From IMG/VR virus record IMGVR_UViG_3300045240_000158: a DNA stretch of 20,000 bases; one strand, 5' to 3'. The notes below the pieces were generated by a model. The model saw only the letters and a program-made list of their open reading frames with translations. It did no database searches and was not told the origin of the DNA. This document shows positions 1 to 7,832 of this stretch, in pieces. How positions within the stretch are numbered: the stretch's first letter is position 1; the number at the start of each line of letters is the position of its first letter. This DNA comes from an uncultured virus (IMG/VR IMGVR_UViG_3300045240_000158). Lineage: Duplodnaviria > Heunggongvirae > Uroviricota > Caudoviricetes. The position numbers were made by a program, and so were the translations under genes.

Positions 1-1
1 A

Positions 2-253
2 AACGACGGGCTCGATGATCCCGATGTCGAGCGCGCGAAGTGGCTGCTTGAGCGATCTGCGGATGGCCTCGCGACAGCTCGGGCACGCGCCCTTGGAACA
101 GGGCATGCGTGCGCTGACTGCGGCTGTTCGAGCAAGACCTGGTCGGTTCCCGACTGGGAGAATGGCGGTTTCGCCTGGATCTGTGTCGATGAAGGGGCCT
201 GTGCCGCGCGTCGCGCTCATCGAGAGCGGAATCCTGGAACAGATGCTGTATAG
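2..253 (+). CDS. 3' end of a Cys-containing hypothetical protein (partial, starts before the window)
   Basis: Own translation of frame 2: NDGLDDPDVERAKWLLE...HACADCGCSSKTWSVPDWENGGFAWICVDEGACAARR...TDAV*, TAG at 251-253; CxxC plus distal Cys pair. Confidence 0.65.
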   Translation, partial: NDGLDDPDVERAKWLLERSADGLATARARALGTGHACADCGCSSKTWSVPDWENGGFAWICVDEGACAARRAHRERNPGTDAV

Positions 254-391
254 TGAACCCAGCTCGCGCTCCGCGCTTCGGCTTTGGGAGATCGAGACAT
301 CGAGGGCAGCCGCGCCGCAAGGTTTTGGGCTTCTCCTCATCGGACGAAGTAACCCGTCGAGGACTCCAGGGATGGACGTCCGAACCTCCGC

Positions 392-425
392 GTTCTCGAC
401 GTTGACCCCCAACGGTACGGAGAAC
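392..425 (+). promoter_or_regulatory. Hairpin covering the ribosome-binding site of the vWA gene
   Basis: GTTCTC(392-397)/GAGAAC(420-425) and CGTTG(400-404)/CAACG(410-414) are complementary; SD-like GGAG at 419-422 precedes GTG at 431. Confidence 0.4.
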
Positions 426-430
426 CCACA

Positions 431-1945
431 GTGAAGATCCAAACTCGTTTCACGCACGACAAGGTGCGCTTCGACAAGACCAACGACGTCCACCTCGTGG
501 TGAGCCTCAAGGCTCCCAAGATCGACTGGGAGACCAAGCGTCCCCCGGTCTGCATCATCCCCATCATCGACATTTCGAGCTCGATGATGGGGGAGAAGCT
601 CGACTACGCGAAGAAGACCCTGCTCAAGCTCGTCGATCACCTCAGGCCCGGCGACTACTGCGGGCTCGGGGCGTTCGCGACCGAGATCCACGAGATCCAG
701 GCCCCCGTCGAGATGACGCAGGCGTCGAAGGACGCGCTGAAGAATCGCATCGGTGACCTCCACACCACGAGCAGCACGAACTTCTCGGGCGGCCTCGAGC
801 TGGGCCTCAAGTGGGGTGCCAAGGTCGACGTCGGCAAGGACATGCTCGTCCGCGTCATCATGCTGACCGACGGCTGCGCGAACCACGGGGTCGTCAGCTC
901 CGAGGGTCTCGCGAAAATCATCGATACCCGCGGCAAGACCACGGTGTCCTGCTTCGGCTACGGCACCGACGCGAACCAGGAGCTGCTCGCGGACCTCGCG
1001 AAGCGTGGTGGAGGCAACTACGCCTTCATCAAGCACCCGGACGAGGCGCTCTCGGCCTTCGGGAAGGAGCTGGGTGGCCTGCTCTCGACGTACGCACAGG
1101 GGATCGTGCTCGATCTCGCGCCGCACAACGGCCACAAGATCGAGGAGATCATCAGCGACGTCGACGTCGAGGAGAAGGACAACAAGGTCCTCATCAAGCT
1201 CGGAGACATCCTCTCCGAGGAAGAGCGCCACGTCGTCGTCGCGCTGAAGCTCGCGGAGCAGACCCAGGCGCTGCCGCGCGAGATGAACATCGTGGACGTG
1301 AAGATCGACTTCGATCTGCTCGTCGACGGCAAGCGCGAGCACCGGCAGGTGGAGCAGAAGGGCAAGCTCCGGTTCGTGAAGGAAGGTGATGAGCAGGACA
1401 AGCCCACGCAGGAGGTCGACCAGATCGTCGGTCTCGCTCAGGTCGGCCAGGCGCAGGTCGAGGCCGAGGAGCTGGCCAAGAAAGGCGACTTCCGCGGCGC
1501 GGTCGGGCGTATGAACGCGATGGCGACCGCGCTCAACAGCCGCGGTCACGACAAGCTCGAAGCCTTCGCCAAGGGCATCCAGTCACGCGTCGTGAGCGCG
1601 GGGAGCTACGCATCGAGCCAGGGCTACCTCAGCAGCTCGAGGGGCTACGCAGCACGTGGCATGAGCGTGTCGAAGATGGACAGCGCCCTGGAGCATGAGA
1701 TCGTGTCGTCAGGGCTGGGCGCAGAGTTCGCGATGGCGAACACCGCGCAGTCCAGCACGGCGAACAGCTTCTCGGCTGGCGTCGATGACCAGAAGGGCAG
1801 CAACGATCTCGCGTCGATCGCCGGCTCGCTGGTGATCCCCGGGACCCTGCCTCCTCCTGCCGCGGCCTCGGCCGGCGCCGCGAAAGCCGAGAAGAAGGAG
1901 AAGCCGAAGAAGGGCGTCTCGAAGTCCAAGTCGAGCCGCTGGTAA
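431..1945 (+). CDS. von Willebrand factor type A (vWA) domain protein with C-terminal extension
   Basis: MIDAS motif DISSS, TNFSGGL, VIMLTDG, GYG..NQELLADLA..GGGNYAFI; strong GC3 bias; low-complexity basic tail. Confidence 0.92.
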   Translation: MKIQTRFTHDKVRFDKTNDVHLVVSLKAPKIDWETKRPPVCIIPIIDISSSMMGEKLDYAKKTLLKLVDHLRPGDYCGLGAFATEIHEIQAPVEMTQASKDALKNRIGDLHTTSSTNFSGGLELGLKWGAKVDVGKDMLVRVIMLTDGCANHGVVSSEGLAKIIDTRGKTTVSCFGYGTDANQELLADLAKRGGGNYAFIKHPDEALSAFGKELGGLLSTYAQGIVLDLAPHNGHKIEEIISDVDVEEKDNKVLIKLGDILSEEERHVVVALKLAEQTQALPREMNIVDVKIDFDLLVDGKREHRQVEQKGKLRFVKEGDEQDKPTQEVDQIVGLAQVGQAQVEAEELAKKGDFRGAVGRMNAMATALNSRGHDKLEAFAKGIQSRVVSAGSYASSQGYLSSSRGYAARGMSVSKMDSALEHEIVSSGLGAEFAMANTAQSSTANSFSAGVDDQKGSNDLASIAGSLVIPGTLPPPAAASAGAAKAEKKEKPKKGVSKSKSSRW

Positions 1946-1953
1946 CCAGCGCG

Positions 1954-2700
1954 TCAGGTATCCACGCCACGCGCACGCAGCTTCGCGAGGAGCTTGTCCG
2001 CAACTGCTGTCGGGATAGAACCCCCTCGCTCGTGCCGCACGGCGAAGGCGATGTCTTCGAGGCGCTCGTAGCCTTTCAGCGGCCTCCGCCCAGCGAGCAC
2101 GTCTTGCGCGTAGCGAACCAGCTCGCTGCCAACGCGCAGCGCTGACGACGCGTCCACCAGTACGGGTCCGCGCCCACGCGCCATCACATAGCTGTCCTCT
2201 TTGAATTCCGGCGAGAGCCAACCGTACGTCGACATCCCTTTGCGAATGTCTTTGTGGAGGCCGAACAGCTTGGAGGTTTGTGCCGGGGTGCCGCTCGGTC
2301 CGCGCACGCATTCGCGGATGAGGACATCGTGCTGCTTGTTGTAGCGCGTCCCGCGCGCCACGTGATCACGCACACCGGGCACCTGTGCGGCCTTCGTGAG
2401 CCACTCGGCCTCCTCGGCGACGGAGTCTTCGCGCCCGCGGCGGGCCACCTTGTAGGCGGTTTGGCGCTGGTCGCAGAACACGATGCCGCTCGCGCCTGCG
2501 CCTTGGTACTCCAGATCCCCGATAGCGCCCGCAGCTGCCGCGCGCTTCGCGGCCTCATCGAGCTCGTCGCCGAGCGCGTTCAGCGCGCGGGCAGAGATCT
2601 CGCCCCGGTTCGAGATCGTGGGCGTGTCCGACGGCTCCTTGGAGGCAAGAGCTTCTGCGATCTCACGATCGAGCTGGGCAGCCGTCTTCCTCTTGGCCAT
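1954..2700 (-). CDS. Protein-kinase-like fold protein, degenerate catalytic motifs, with N-terminal AAQLDREIAEAL tag
   Basis: Gly-rich loop GAGASGIV, AYKVAR Lys strand, helix-C Glu (EEAEWL), PEFKEDSY at catalytic-loop position, PVLVDAS at DFG position. Confidence 0.65.
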   Translation of the reverse strand: MAKRKTAAQLDREIAEALASKEPSDTPTISNRGEISARALNALGDELDEAAKRAAAAGAIGDLEYQGAGASGIVFCDQRQTAYKVARRGREDSVAEEAEWLTKAAQVPGVRDHVARGTRYNKQHDVLIRECVRGPSGTPAQTSKLFGLHKDIRKGMSTYGWLSPEFKEDSYVMARGRGPVLVDASSALRVGSELVRYAQDVLAGRRPLKGYERLEDIAFAVRHERGGSIPTAVADKLLAKLRARGVDT

Positions 2701-2744
2701 ACCCTATTCTACCGTTAGTCTCTGGGTGACCGCAGGGTACTGAA

Positions 2745-3014
2745 ATGAGCACAGCCTCGAAGGAACCGGAGCCGACCTACACACGCAGCTGCGAGGGCTA
2801 CGTCTACTTCGCTGACCAGGGTATCGAGGTCTGCGAGACGTGCGGCGGCTGCACGTGCTGCGATTACGACGACGTCGATCACCGCAAGGCTCGCTACCGG
2901 TGCCTGCTCGATCGCGAGGGCAAGAAATGTTTGCTCGGAAAGAGCAGCAAGCTCAACCACGACTGCGAGAGGGACCAGCAGCCGCGGCCTGTCGCTGAGG
3001 ACGCGAAGCCGTGA
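2745..3014 (+). CDS. Cys-rich hypothetical protein
   Basis: 89 aa, CETCGGCTCC and further Cys/His; GTGA overlap with next ORF. Confidence 0.7.
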   Translation: MSTASKEPEPTYTRSCEGYVYFADQGIEVCETCGGCTCCDYDDVDHRKARYRCLLDREGKKCLLGKSSKLNHDCERDQQPRPVAEDAKP

Positions 3015-3205
3015 ATGGTTGGCGCGTGTGGCTCGCATTTGAAGTGAAGCCAGGCGTCACGATCACTTCAACGCAGGACAAATCTGATCACTGGCGGGGG
3101 CTCGCGGAAGCGTGCAGAGGGGTAGACGGCTTGATCGACGCGCGCGATTTCGATCGTTGGCTGACGTGCCTCATCGAGCACGCCCACTTGTGGGGCGAGG
3201 CGTGA
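3011..3205 (+). CDS. Hypothetical protein
   Basis: 64 aa, 4-nt overlaps with both neighbours. Confidence 0.6.
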   Translation: MNGWRVWLAFEVKPGVTITSTQDKSDHWRGLAEACRGVDGLIDARDFDRWLTCLIEHAHLWGEA

Positions 3206-3615
3206 TCGCTCCCAGCAGGGTGATCGTCGAGCGTCTCTGGGAGCTGTATCCGTGGCCCGAGCGGAACCTCCCCATGCGCTCGATGACCGTCGAGAAGCTC
3301 ATGACGTACCCCTCGCAGCCCGTGTACGTGAGCGACGAGGCTCGGACCCGGAAGCAACCGACGCGCGCATGGGACTACGGTCGGATCCGCTTTTTTTACG
3401 AGCAGCTCGGCGCGGGTGTGACGCTCGATGCGATCGAGGTCGACAACGAGTGCGACTGGGGGCGGATCTATCCGATACCCGTCCTGCTCGACGGACACCA
3501 TCGGCTAGCGGCGTCGCGCCTCGCGCCCGCCCGGATCATACGCGTCAGCTACGGCGGGCGCCTCGATCTCTTGCGGTACCTCACCGGCGCGCGGAAGACG
3601 TGCCCGGCGGGGTAG
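3202..3615 (+). CDS. ParB/sulfiredoxin-like N-terminal domain protein
   Basis: LDAIEV...VLLDGHHRLAA signature; start reassigned to GTG 3202, overlapping the upstream stop. Confidence 0.7.
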   Translation: MIAPSRVIVERLWELYPWPERNLPMRSMTVEKLMTYPSQPVYVSDEARTRKQPTRAWDYGRIRFFYEQLGAGVTLDAIEVDNECDWGRIYPIPVLLDGHHRLAASRLAPARIIRVSYGGRLDLLRYLTGARKTCPAG

Positions 3616-3635
3616 GCGTCGACTTCACCTACCCT
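3610..3635. terminator. Stem-loop between convergent genes
   Basis: GGGTAGG...CCTACCC inverted repeat spanning the stops at 3615 (+) and 3625 (-); no U-tract. Confidence 0.35.
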
Positions 3636-3831
3636 CAGCGACGACGATGAGGAAGTTGATCGCAGCGCGCTGCGCGGACGTGATGCCGTCTCGTCGAGCG
3701 TAGTGCCGCGCGATCCCAACGAGAGTCAGCCACTCGACGCTGGCAGCTTCGTCGGTGTTTGGCGCGTTGATGACGATCGATGGCGTGGGGCCTTCGTCGC
3801 TGTAGAGCGTAACTTTGATCGATGCGGTCAC
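3625..3831 (-). CDS. Hypothetical protein
   Basis: 68 aa, ATGA overlap with upstream ORF. Confidence 0.6.
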   Translation of the reverse strand: MTASIKVTLYSDEGPTPSIVINAPNTDEAASVEWLTLVGIARHYARRDGITSAQRAAINFLIVVAEGR

Positions 3832-4184
3832 TTGTCATACCCCTTGATCCCGAGAAGCTTCGCGGTGCCCGCCGGGCACCAGACCTCGACCTTGACGAAC
3901 GTTCCGTGGAACATGACGACCTCGCCACGCGTTTCCGCCGCCTTCCAGTCGACGATCAGCCTGAGCGCGAGGTCCTTGAGCGCCGAGTGGATCTTGCGCT
4001 CGGCCTCGACGATCTCGCTGACGCGAGGCGATGCCGGGGTGAGGAAGGCGATCAGCTCGCGGTCCCACCAGATCTTGGGGCTCGGGTCCGTGAACCGTCC
4101 CGATGGCGGTCGGCCATCGAGGCGCTCGATGCGGACGCGGATGCCCTCATGCCCGGCGAGGTCGACGTACTTGTCCTTTGCCAC
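3828..4184 (-). CDS. Hypothetical protein
   Basis: Start reassigned to GTG 4184 after SD GGAGGAGG; GC3-biased codons. Confidence 0.7.
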   Translation of the reverse strand: MAKDKYVDLAGHEGIRVRIERLDGRPPSGRFTDPSPKIWWDRELIAFLTPASPRVSEIVEAERKIHSALKDLALRLIVDWKAAETRGEVVMFHGTFVKVEVWCPAGTAKLLGIKGYDK

Positions 4185-4186
4185 GA

Positions 4187-4375
4187 CTACGCCTCCTCCG
4201 ACCACGCGATGATCTCGCGGCGTGCGGCGCGGCGCGCGGCCTTCTTGGGCGCCCGCCGCGAGGCATCGCGATCGAAGCGCGCGCCACGCGAGGCGTGCTT
4301 CGACTGAACCGCCCAGCGCGTGGGGCCGGGGCAGCAGTCCACCGGAGCTCTCATCTTGTGCCCGTACGCCTTCAT
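4187..4375 (-). CDS. Small basic protein (MKAYG...CCPG...KKAARRAARREI)
   Basis: 62-aa Arg/Lys-rich ORF from ATG 4375, directly downstream of the leftward promoter module. Confidence 0.6.
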   Translation of the reverse strand: MKAYGHKMRAPVDCCPGPTRWAVQSKHASRGARFDRDASRRAPKKAARRAARREIIAWSEEA

Positions 4376-4457
4376 GCTTCTACCGTAGATACAGGGAGCG
4401 TGCCGCTTCGGAAGTAGTGTAAGTGCACTCGGAGCGATAGTGGGTAGATTGCTACCC
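4376..4457 (-). promoter_or_regulatory. Promoter module copy C: GGGTA-N6-TACCC palindrome plus sigma54-like element
   Basis: Palindrome 4442-4457; 37 nt further on the - strand CGGCACGCTCCCTGTA (4405-4390, GT in place of the -12 GC); ATG at 4375. Confidence 0.45.
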
Positions 4458-4555
4458 GTCTCTGGAGGTTCCCACAGCTCGAGGTCAGGGGCTCGAGGCG
4501 TCGACGGGTTCCGGCGCAGGTTCCCAGTGCGTGACGCCAGAAGACACCTCCTGCT

Positions 4556-4571
4556 GGGTAGCTGGAGACCC
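4556..4571. promoter_or_regulatory. Additional palindromic site GGGTA-N6-GACCC
   Basis: GGGTAGCTGGAGACCC, one mismatch to the motif, in the same intergenic region. Confidence 0.45.
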
Positions 4572-4630
4572 GGTATCTGCCACGCCACTCGGGCTTGTCG
4601 TCGAGGCCTGCCACGTGAAGCTCGAGACAC

Positions 4631-4714
4631 GGGTGCCCGATTACCCAGGCTCAGCGATCAAGATCTTGCGAGCCAGCCGGCTCGGGCACGCTGCCCGCAA
4701 TACCCGGGTTCATC
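4631..4714 (+). promoter_or_regulatory. Promoter module copy A: palindrome, IHF-like site, sigma54-like -24/-12
   Basis: GGGTG-N6-TACCC 4631-4646; GATCAAGATCTTG 4656-4668 (IHF consensus WATCAANNNNTTR); GGGCACGCTGCCCGCA 4684-4699 (GG-N10-GC); ATG at 4715. Confidence 0.55.
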
Positions 4715-4981
4715 ATGCAGTCTCTCGCACTGACCGCCGACCAGGCGGCCCTCCTCGAAGCGACCGCGACCGCACCCGCCGCCCCGTCGCTCACCGACGA
4801 CGACGCGCTGATGTCGATGCCGCTCGCCGAGGCCAAGCACCTCGTCGCGGCCAAGTTCGAGCGCCGCTACCTCGTTCGCGTCATGGATCGGGCGGGTGGA
4901 TCGGTCTCCGAGGGCGCGCGCGTGGCGGGTATCGATCGCACCAACTTCCGCCGCCTGCTCCAGCGGCACGGGCTCCGCTAG
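4715..4981 (+). CDS. Stand-alone Fis-type helix-turn-helix protein resembling the C-terminal DNA-binding domain of sigma54 enhancer-binding proteins
   Basis: PLAEAKHLVAAKFERRYLVRVMDRAGGSVSEGARVAGIDRTNFRRLLQRHGL fits the FERxYL...GxVSxxARxAGIDR..xxxLLxxHGL pattern; no AAA+ or receiver domain. Confidence 0.88.
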   Translation: MQSLALTADQAALLEATATAPAAPSLTDDDALMSMPLAEAKHLVAAKFERRYLVRVMDRAGGSVSEGARVAGIDRTNFRRLLQRHGLR

Positions 4982-4983
4982 CC

Positions 4984-5244
4984 GTGAGTTACGCCGACAA
5001 GAAGCAGCTCGTCGCGAGCATCGAGCACTGGGAGCGCCTGGCAACCGAAGCGGAGGAGCAGGCCAAGTGGAACCGCGACCATGGGCGCGATCTCTCCAAT
5101 CCCGGGGGCTCCGCTGGCGATTATCAGGCCCAGACCTTTCGCCGCACGGCGGAGGCGCTCCGCCGCGAGCTTGCAACCGGGCGGCCTCACTGCTCGACCT
5201 GCCTCGGCGATCACCCCAACCACCAGCACCCGCATCGCGGGTGA
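4984..5244 (+). CDS. Hypothetical protein with C-terminal Cys/His cluster
   Basis: Start reassigned to GTG 4984; HCSTCLGDHPNHQH. Confidence 0.7.
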   Translation: MSYADKKQLVASIEHWERLATEAEEQAKWNRDHGRDLSNPGGSAGDYQAQTFRRTAEALRRELATGRPHCSTCLGDHPNHQHPHRG

Positions 5245-5259
5245 TCTCGGAGAACCGCG

Positions 5260-5529
5260 ATGAAGATCAACGTCACCATACAGCACGGCACGTGCGTCGT
5301 GCGCCTCGACGCACTCACGATGGAGAATCACGAGCGCGAGGTCTGGATCGTGTTCGCGACGTGCGTCATCGCGGCCGATCATGTCATCCCGTCGAGCGAG
5401 ACCTTCGGAGCGTTTCCACACGAACCCGCGCTCTTGTTTCCGCCGGCCTACGCTGACGCGTTCGTGGCCGAGTTTCGCTCGCTGACCCATGACTGGACGA
5501 TGCCGGTACAGATCACGGAGACACCATGA
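5260..5529 (+). CDS. Hypothetical protein
   Basis: SD GGAG upstream; ATGA overlap with next ORF. Confidence 0.7.
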   Translation: MKINVTIQHGTCVVRLDALTMENHEREVWIVFATCVIAADHVIPSSETFGAFPHEPALLFPPAYADAFVAEFRSLTHDWTMPVQITETP

Positions 5530-5885
5530 AAGACACCAAGAAAGACACGCTCGGACTGTCCGCCACCGACAAGACGCCCAAGCCCAGCGGCTGGGGCTTC
5601 GACTTCCCGCACACCGATCCGCAGCGCCGCGTTCCATGCGTTCTCGGCGACATGCTCTGCCCGCGCAGCGCGGACGACATCCCGCCGATCACGCCCAAGG
5701 CGATGGCCTCGGTGCAGGCCGCGATCGCGCTGCTCGCAAACCTCGTTGCTGATCGCGACCACAACCTGTTCCTTGCCTACGGTGATCGTCAGGCAGAGAT
5801 GGTCGGCAAGGCACGCGACATCTTGCTCGTCGCCAAGGGGCTCGCGGGGATCCTCCGCGTCGTCTCGCAGAAGGAGTCGCCGTGA
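5526..5885 (+). CDS. Hypothetical protein
   Basis: 119 aa, coupled to both neighbours. Confidence 0.7.
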   Translation: MKDTKKDTLGLSATDKTPKPSGWGFDFPHTDPQRRVPCVLGDMLCPRSADDIPPITPKAMASVQAAIALLANLVADRDHNLFLAYGDRQAEMVGKARDILLVAKGLAGILRVVSQKESP

Positions 5886-6076
5886 TTCGGGCTATCGCGA
5901 TCATCGAGGTCGGCGCCTTCCGCATCTTGACGTGCCCGGCCAACCCCGAGATGGAAGGCATCTTGTTCGCCACGCCTCGCGCGGCTGGACGCTTGCGCCT
6001 CGGTCAGTACACCGTCGTGAAGTTCTGCCCGAACGACCAGTTCGCCTACGAGTGCCAGGAGGCCCTCCAGCCATGA
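5882..6076 (+). CDS. Hypothetical protein
   Basis: 64 aa, SD AAGGAG, coupled to both neighbours. Confidence 0.65.
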   Translation: MIRAIAIIEVGAFRILTCPANPEMEGILFATPRAAGRLRLGQYTVVKFCPNDQFAYECQEALQP

Positions 6077-6402
6077 ACCGCTACACCCCCATCGTCGACG
6101 ACGTCGACGAGACCGCTGTCACCGGGAGCTTCGCGCGCCTCGATCCCGACGCCACCTCGTCCTACGACATCCACGACATCGATACTGCGCCGATTCGGCA
6201 CATCGGCCGCTCGCAGAACGACATCGACACCGCGCCGATTCGGCACATCGGCCGCTCGCAGAACGTCGCGGTTCGTCGCCGCCAGATCCGCGATACCCGC
6301 GAGAACCTCCTGCGTCTCCGCGAGGCGCTCGCGGCGGGCTGGGACATCAGCCACGAGCTGGCGCACGAGGAGCGCTGCCTCGCGGAGCTGGAGGCCATCT
6401 GA
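6073..6402 (+). CDS. Hypothetical protein with internal 15-aa duplication
   Basis: Start reassigned to ATG 6073 (SD GGAGG); DIDTAPIRHIGRSQN twice. Confidence 0.7.
   Translation: MNRYTPIVDDVDETAVTGSFARLDPDATSSYDIHDIDTAPIRHIGRSQNDIDTAPIRHIGRSQNVAVRRRQIRDTRENLLRLREALAAGWDISHELAHEERCLAELEAI
6175..6264 (+). repeat. 45-nt tandem duplication
   Basis: 6175-6219 and 6220-6264 differ at two synonymous positions only. Confidence 0.95.
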
Positions 6403-6734
6403 TGAAGACGCTCGATCCGACGTGGTGGCGTCGGCACAGTAGCGGCGAGTTCTACGAGCAGCAGAACGATGCTGCACGGCTCGTGAAGCGTCGTACGGGC
6501 CGTCGCGTGACGGCGTGGATTCTCTACATCAGCGGCGAGTACCGCGGCGAATGGTCGACGCTTGCCGAGGCCAAGGAGCAAGCGAAGGAGATCACGAGCC
6601 GCGTTGCACACGGTCTGCACCCCGAGCCCGGACCCCACTGTGTGCGGTGCAGCAAGCGCCTCACGCCGGCCGAGGTAGCGTCGCAGCTTCCCGACCACGA
6701 CGAGTTCTGTGACGGCTGCCTAGAGAAGTCATGA
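6402..6734 (+). CDS. Hypothetical protein with C-terminal zinc-ribbon-like motif
   Basis: HCVRC...FCDGC; SD GGAGG. Confidence 0.75.
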   Translation: MKTLDPTWWRRHSSGEFYEQQNDAARLVKRRTGRRVTAWILYISGEYRGEWSTLAEAKEQAKEITSRVAHGLHPEPGPHCVRCSKRLTPAEVASQLPDHDEFCDGCLEKS

Positions 6735-6958
6735 GCGAAAGAGATCACGGTATGACCAAGCACTGGATCATCAAGAACCACCACGACGAGTTCCTGATCG
6801 GCTTCTTCGCGAACGGCAGGGCGCGCTGGCGTACGTCAGACGAGCCGATCGTGGGTTCGGAGGCCCTCGTCTACTCGACCGAGGACCTCACCCGCGTCGC
6901 TATCCCGGCGCTGGCGAATGCCGGCGTCGATGTCTTCACCGTCGAGCGTTACAGCTAG
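6731..6958 (+). CDS. Hypothetical protein
   Basis: 75 aa, ATGA overlap, GC3 bias. Confidence 0.7.
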   Translation: MSERDHGMTKHWIIKNHHDEFLIGFFANGRARWRTSDEPIVGSEALVYSTEDLTRVAIPALANAGVDVFTVERYS

Positions 6959-6969
6959 CCGAAGCCCTC

Positions 6970-7305
6970 ATGACCAACATCAAACGCCATGTCATCCCTG
7001 ATCCGTACCCCGAGACGGTCGGGGCCACTGCCCTGACGATCTATATCCCCGAGGACTTCCGCGGCGATGCCGAGGTCATCTGGTGGCGGCCCGGCAAGAG
7101 CGCCGACAAGGACAAGCAGCGCATCACGTGTAGCGCATCCGCGTTGCTCCAGGGCGTGTTTCGCGACCTCCGCGGCTCTCATCCGGGCGAGCTGTTCTAC
7201 CCACGCATCGTCGCGCTCGTGCTCCACACGTTCTATCGCGCGCGGATCGAGGCGGCGGCACGTCCGGACGAATGGCAGCCCTACTCGCTGGAGCCCCTGA
7301 AGTGA
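6970..7305 (+). CDS. Hypothetical protein
   Basis: 111 aa, GC3 bias, coupled to next ORF. Confidence 0.7.
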   Translation: MTNIKRHVIPDPYPETVGATALTIYIPEDFRGDAEVIWWRPGKSADKDKQRITCSASALLQGVFRDLRGSHPGELFYPRIVALVLHTFYRARIEAAARPDEWQPYSLEPLK

Positions 7306-7832
7306 TGGACGAAGATCTGCTCAACCGCGCGCTGCCGAAGTGGCCTCAGATGATCGTCACCGGGTCGCGCCTTCGCGAAGATCTCGCGCTGGAGGTCATC
7401 CGGCGTACCGATTCGTGGTTCGTGTCTGGATCCGGCTGCAATGATCACGACGGTGATCGCCGCCTCGCGCGGCGCTTCCGCATGCCGCACTACCACGATC
7501 GCAGCTGGCGCGCCCCCGACGGCTACGACTGGCGGGCGCACTACGATCGCGAGCAGCGCTGGAAGGAGGCGTGGGGTGCGGTCGAGACCCAGTACGTGCA
7601 CAACCACTGGATCGGATCGTCCTTCATCCACGGTCCGCACGGCTGGTGTCACCCCGATGGTCAGATCTACTACATCGACAACGTCGGCAAGTGGCCCTCC
7701 ATCGAGGACATCCTCGCCGACTGGCGAACGCCTCGCGCCAGTATCATCGTTTCGATACGGGTAGCTTCTTACCCAGGGCTTTGTAATCGCGGACTTGACG
7801 CCCGCGAGGCCTGGTGCGCTACTCGCATCTAA
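7305..7832 (+). CDS. Trp/His/Gly-rich hypothetical protein, probably 3'-truncated near 7730
   Basis: PKWPQMIVTG...GPHGWCHPDG...NVGKWPSIEDILADW; after about 7730 codon bias is lost and the frame runs through promoter module B. Confidence 0.65.
   Translation: MDEDLLNRALPKWPQMIVTGSRLREDLALEVIRRTDSWFVSGSGCNDHDGDRRLARRFRMPHYHDRSWRAPDGYDWRAHYDREQRWKEAWGAVETQYVHNHWIGSSFIHGPHGWCHPDGQIYYIDNVGKWPSIEDILADWRTPRASIIVSIRVASYPGLCNRGLDAREAWCATRI

Noticed and set aside
15..434. 139-aa ORF from the track
   Set aside because: Overlaps a more protein-like frame (2-253) and the vWA leader; lacks GC3 bias.
3202..3615. ParABS partition system
   Set aside because: Only the ParB/Srx N-terminal motif is present; no HTH, ParA or parS seen.
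4372..4630. - strand ORF 4372-4614 and the upstream extension of 4187-4630
   Set aside because: They cross the divergent region holding the palindromes and lack SD and codon bias; better explained as regulatory DNA.
4442..4646. Palindromes as CRISPR repeats or CsoR/RicR operators
   Set aside because: Spacing is irregular (114 and 75 nt), the inner 6 nt vary and there are no cas genes; CsoR/RicR boxes have the opposite arm order (TACCC...GGGTA).
7795..7825. Sigma70 promoter from TTGACG
   Set aside because: No convincing -10 hexamer at 16-18 nt spacing; kept only as an alternative to module B.
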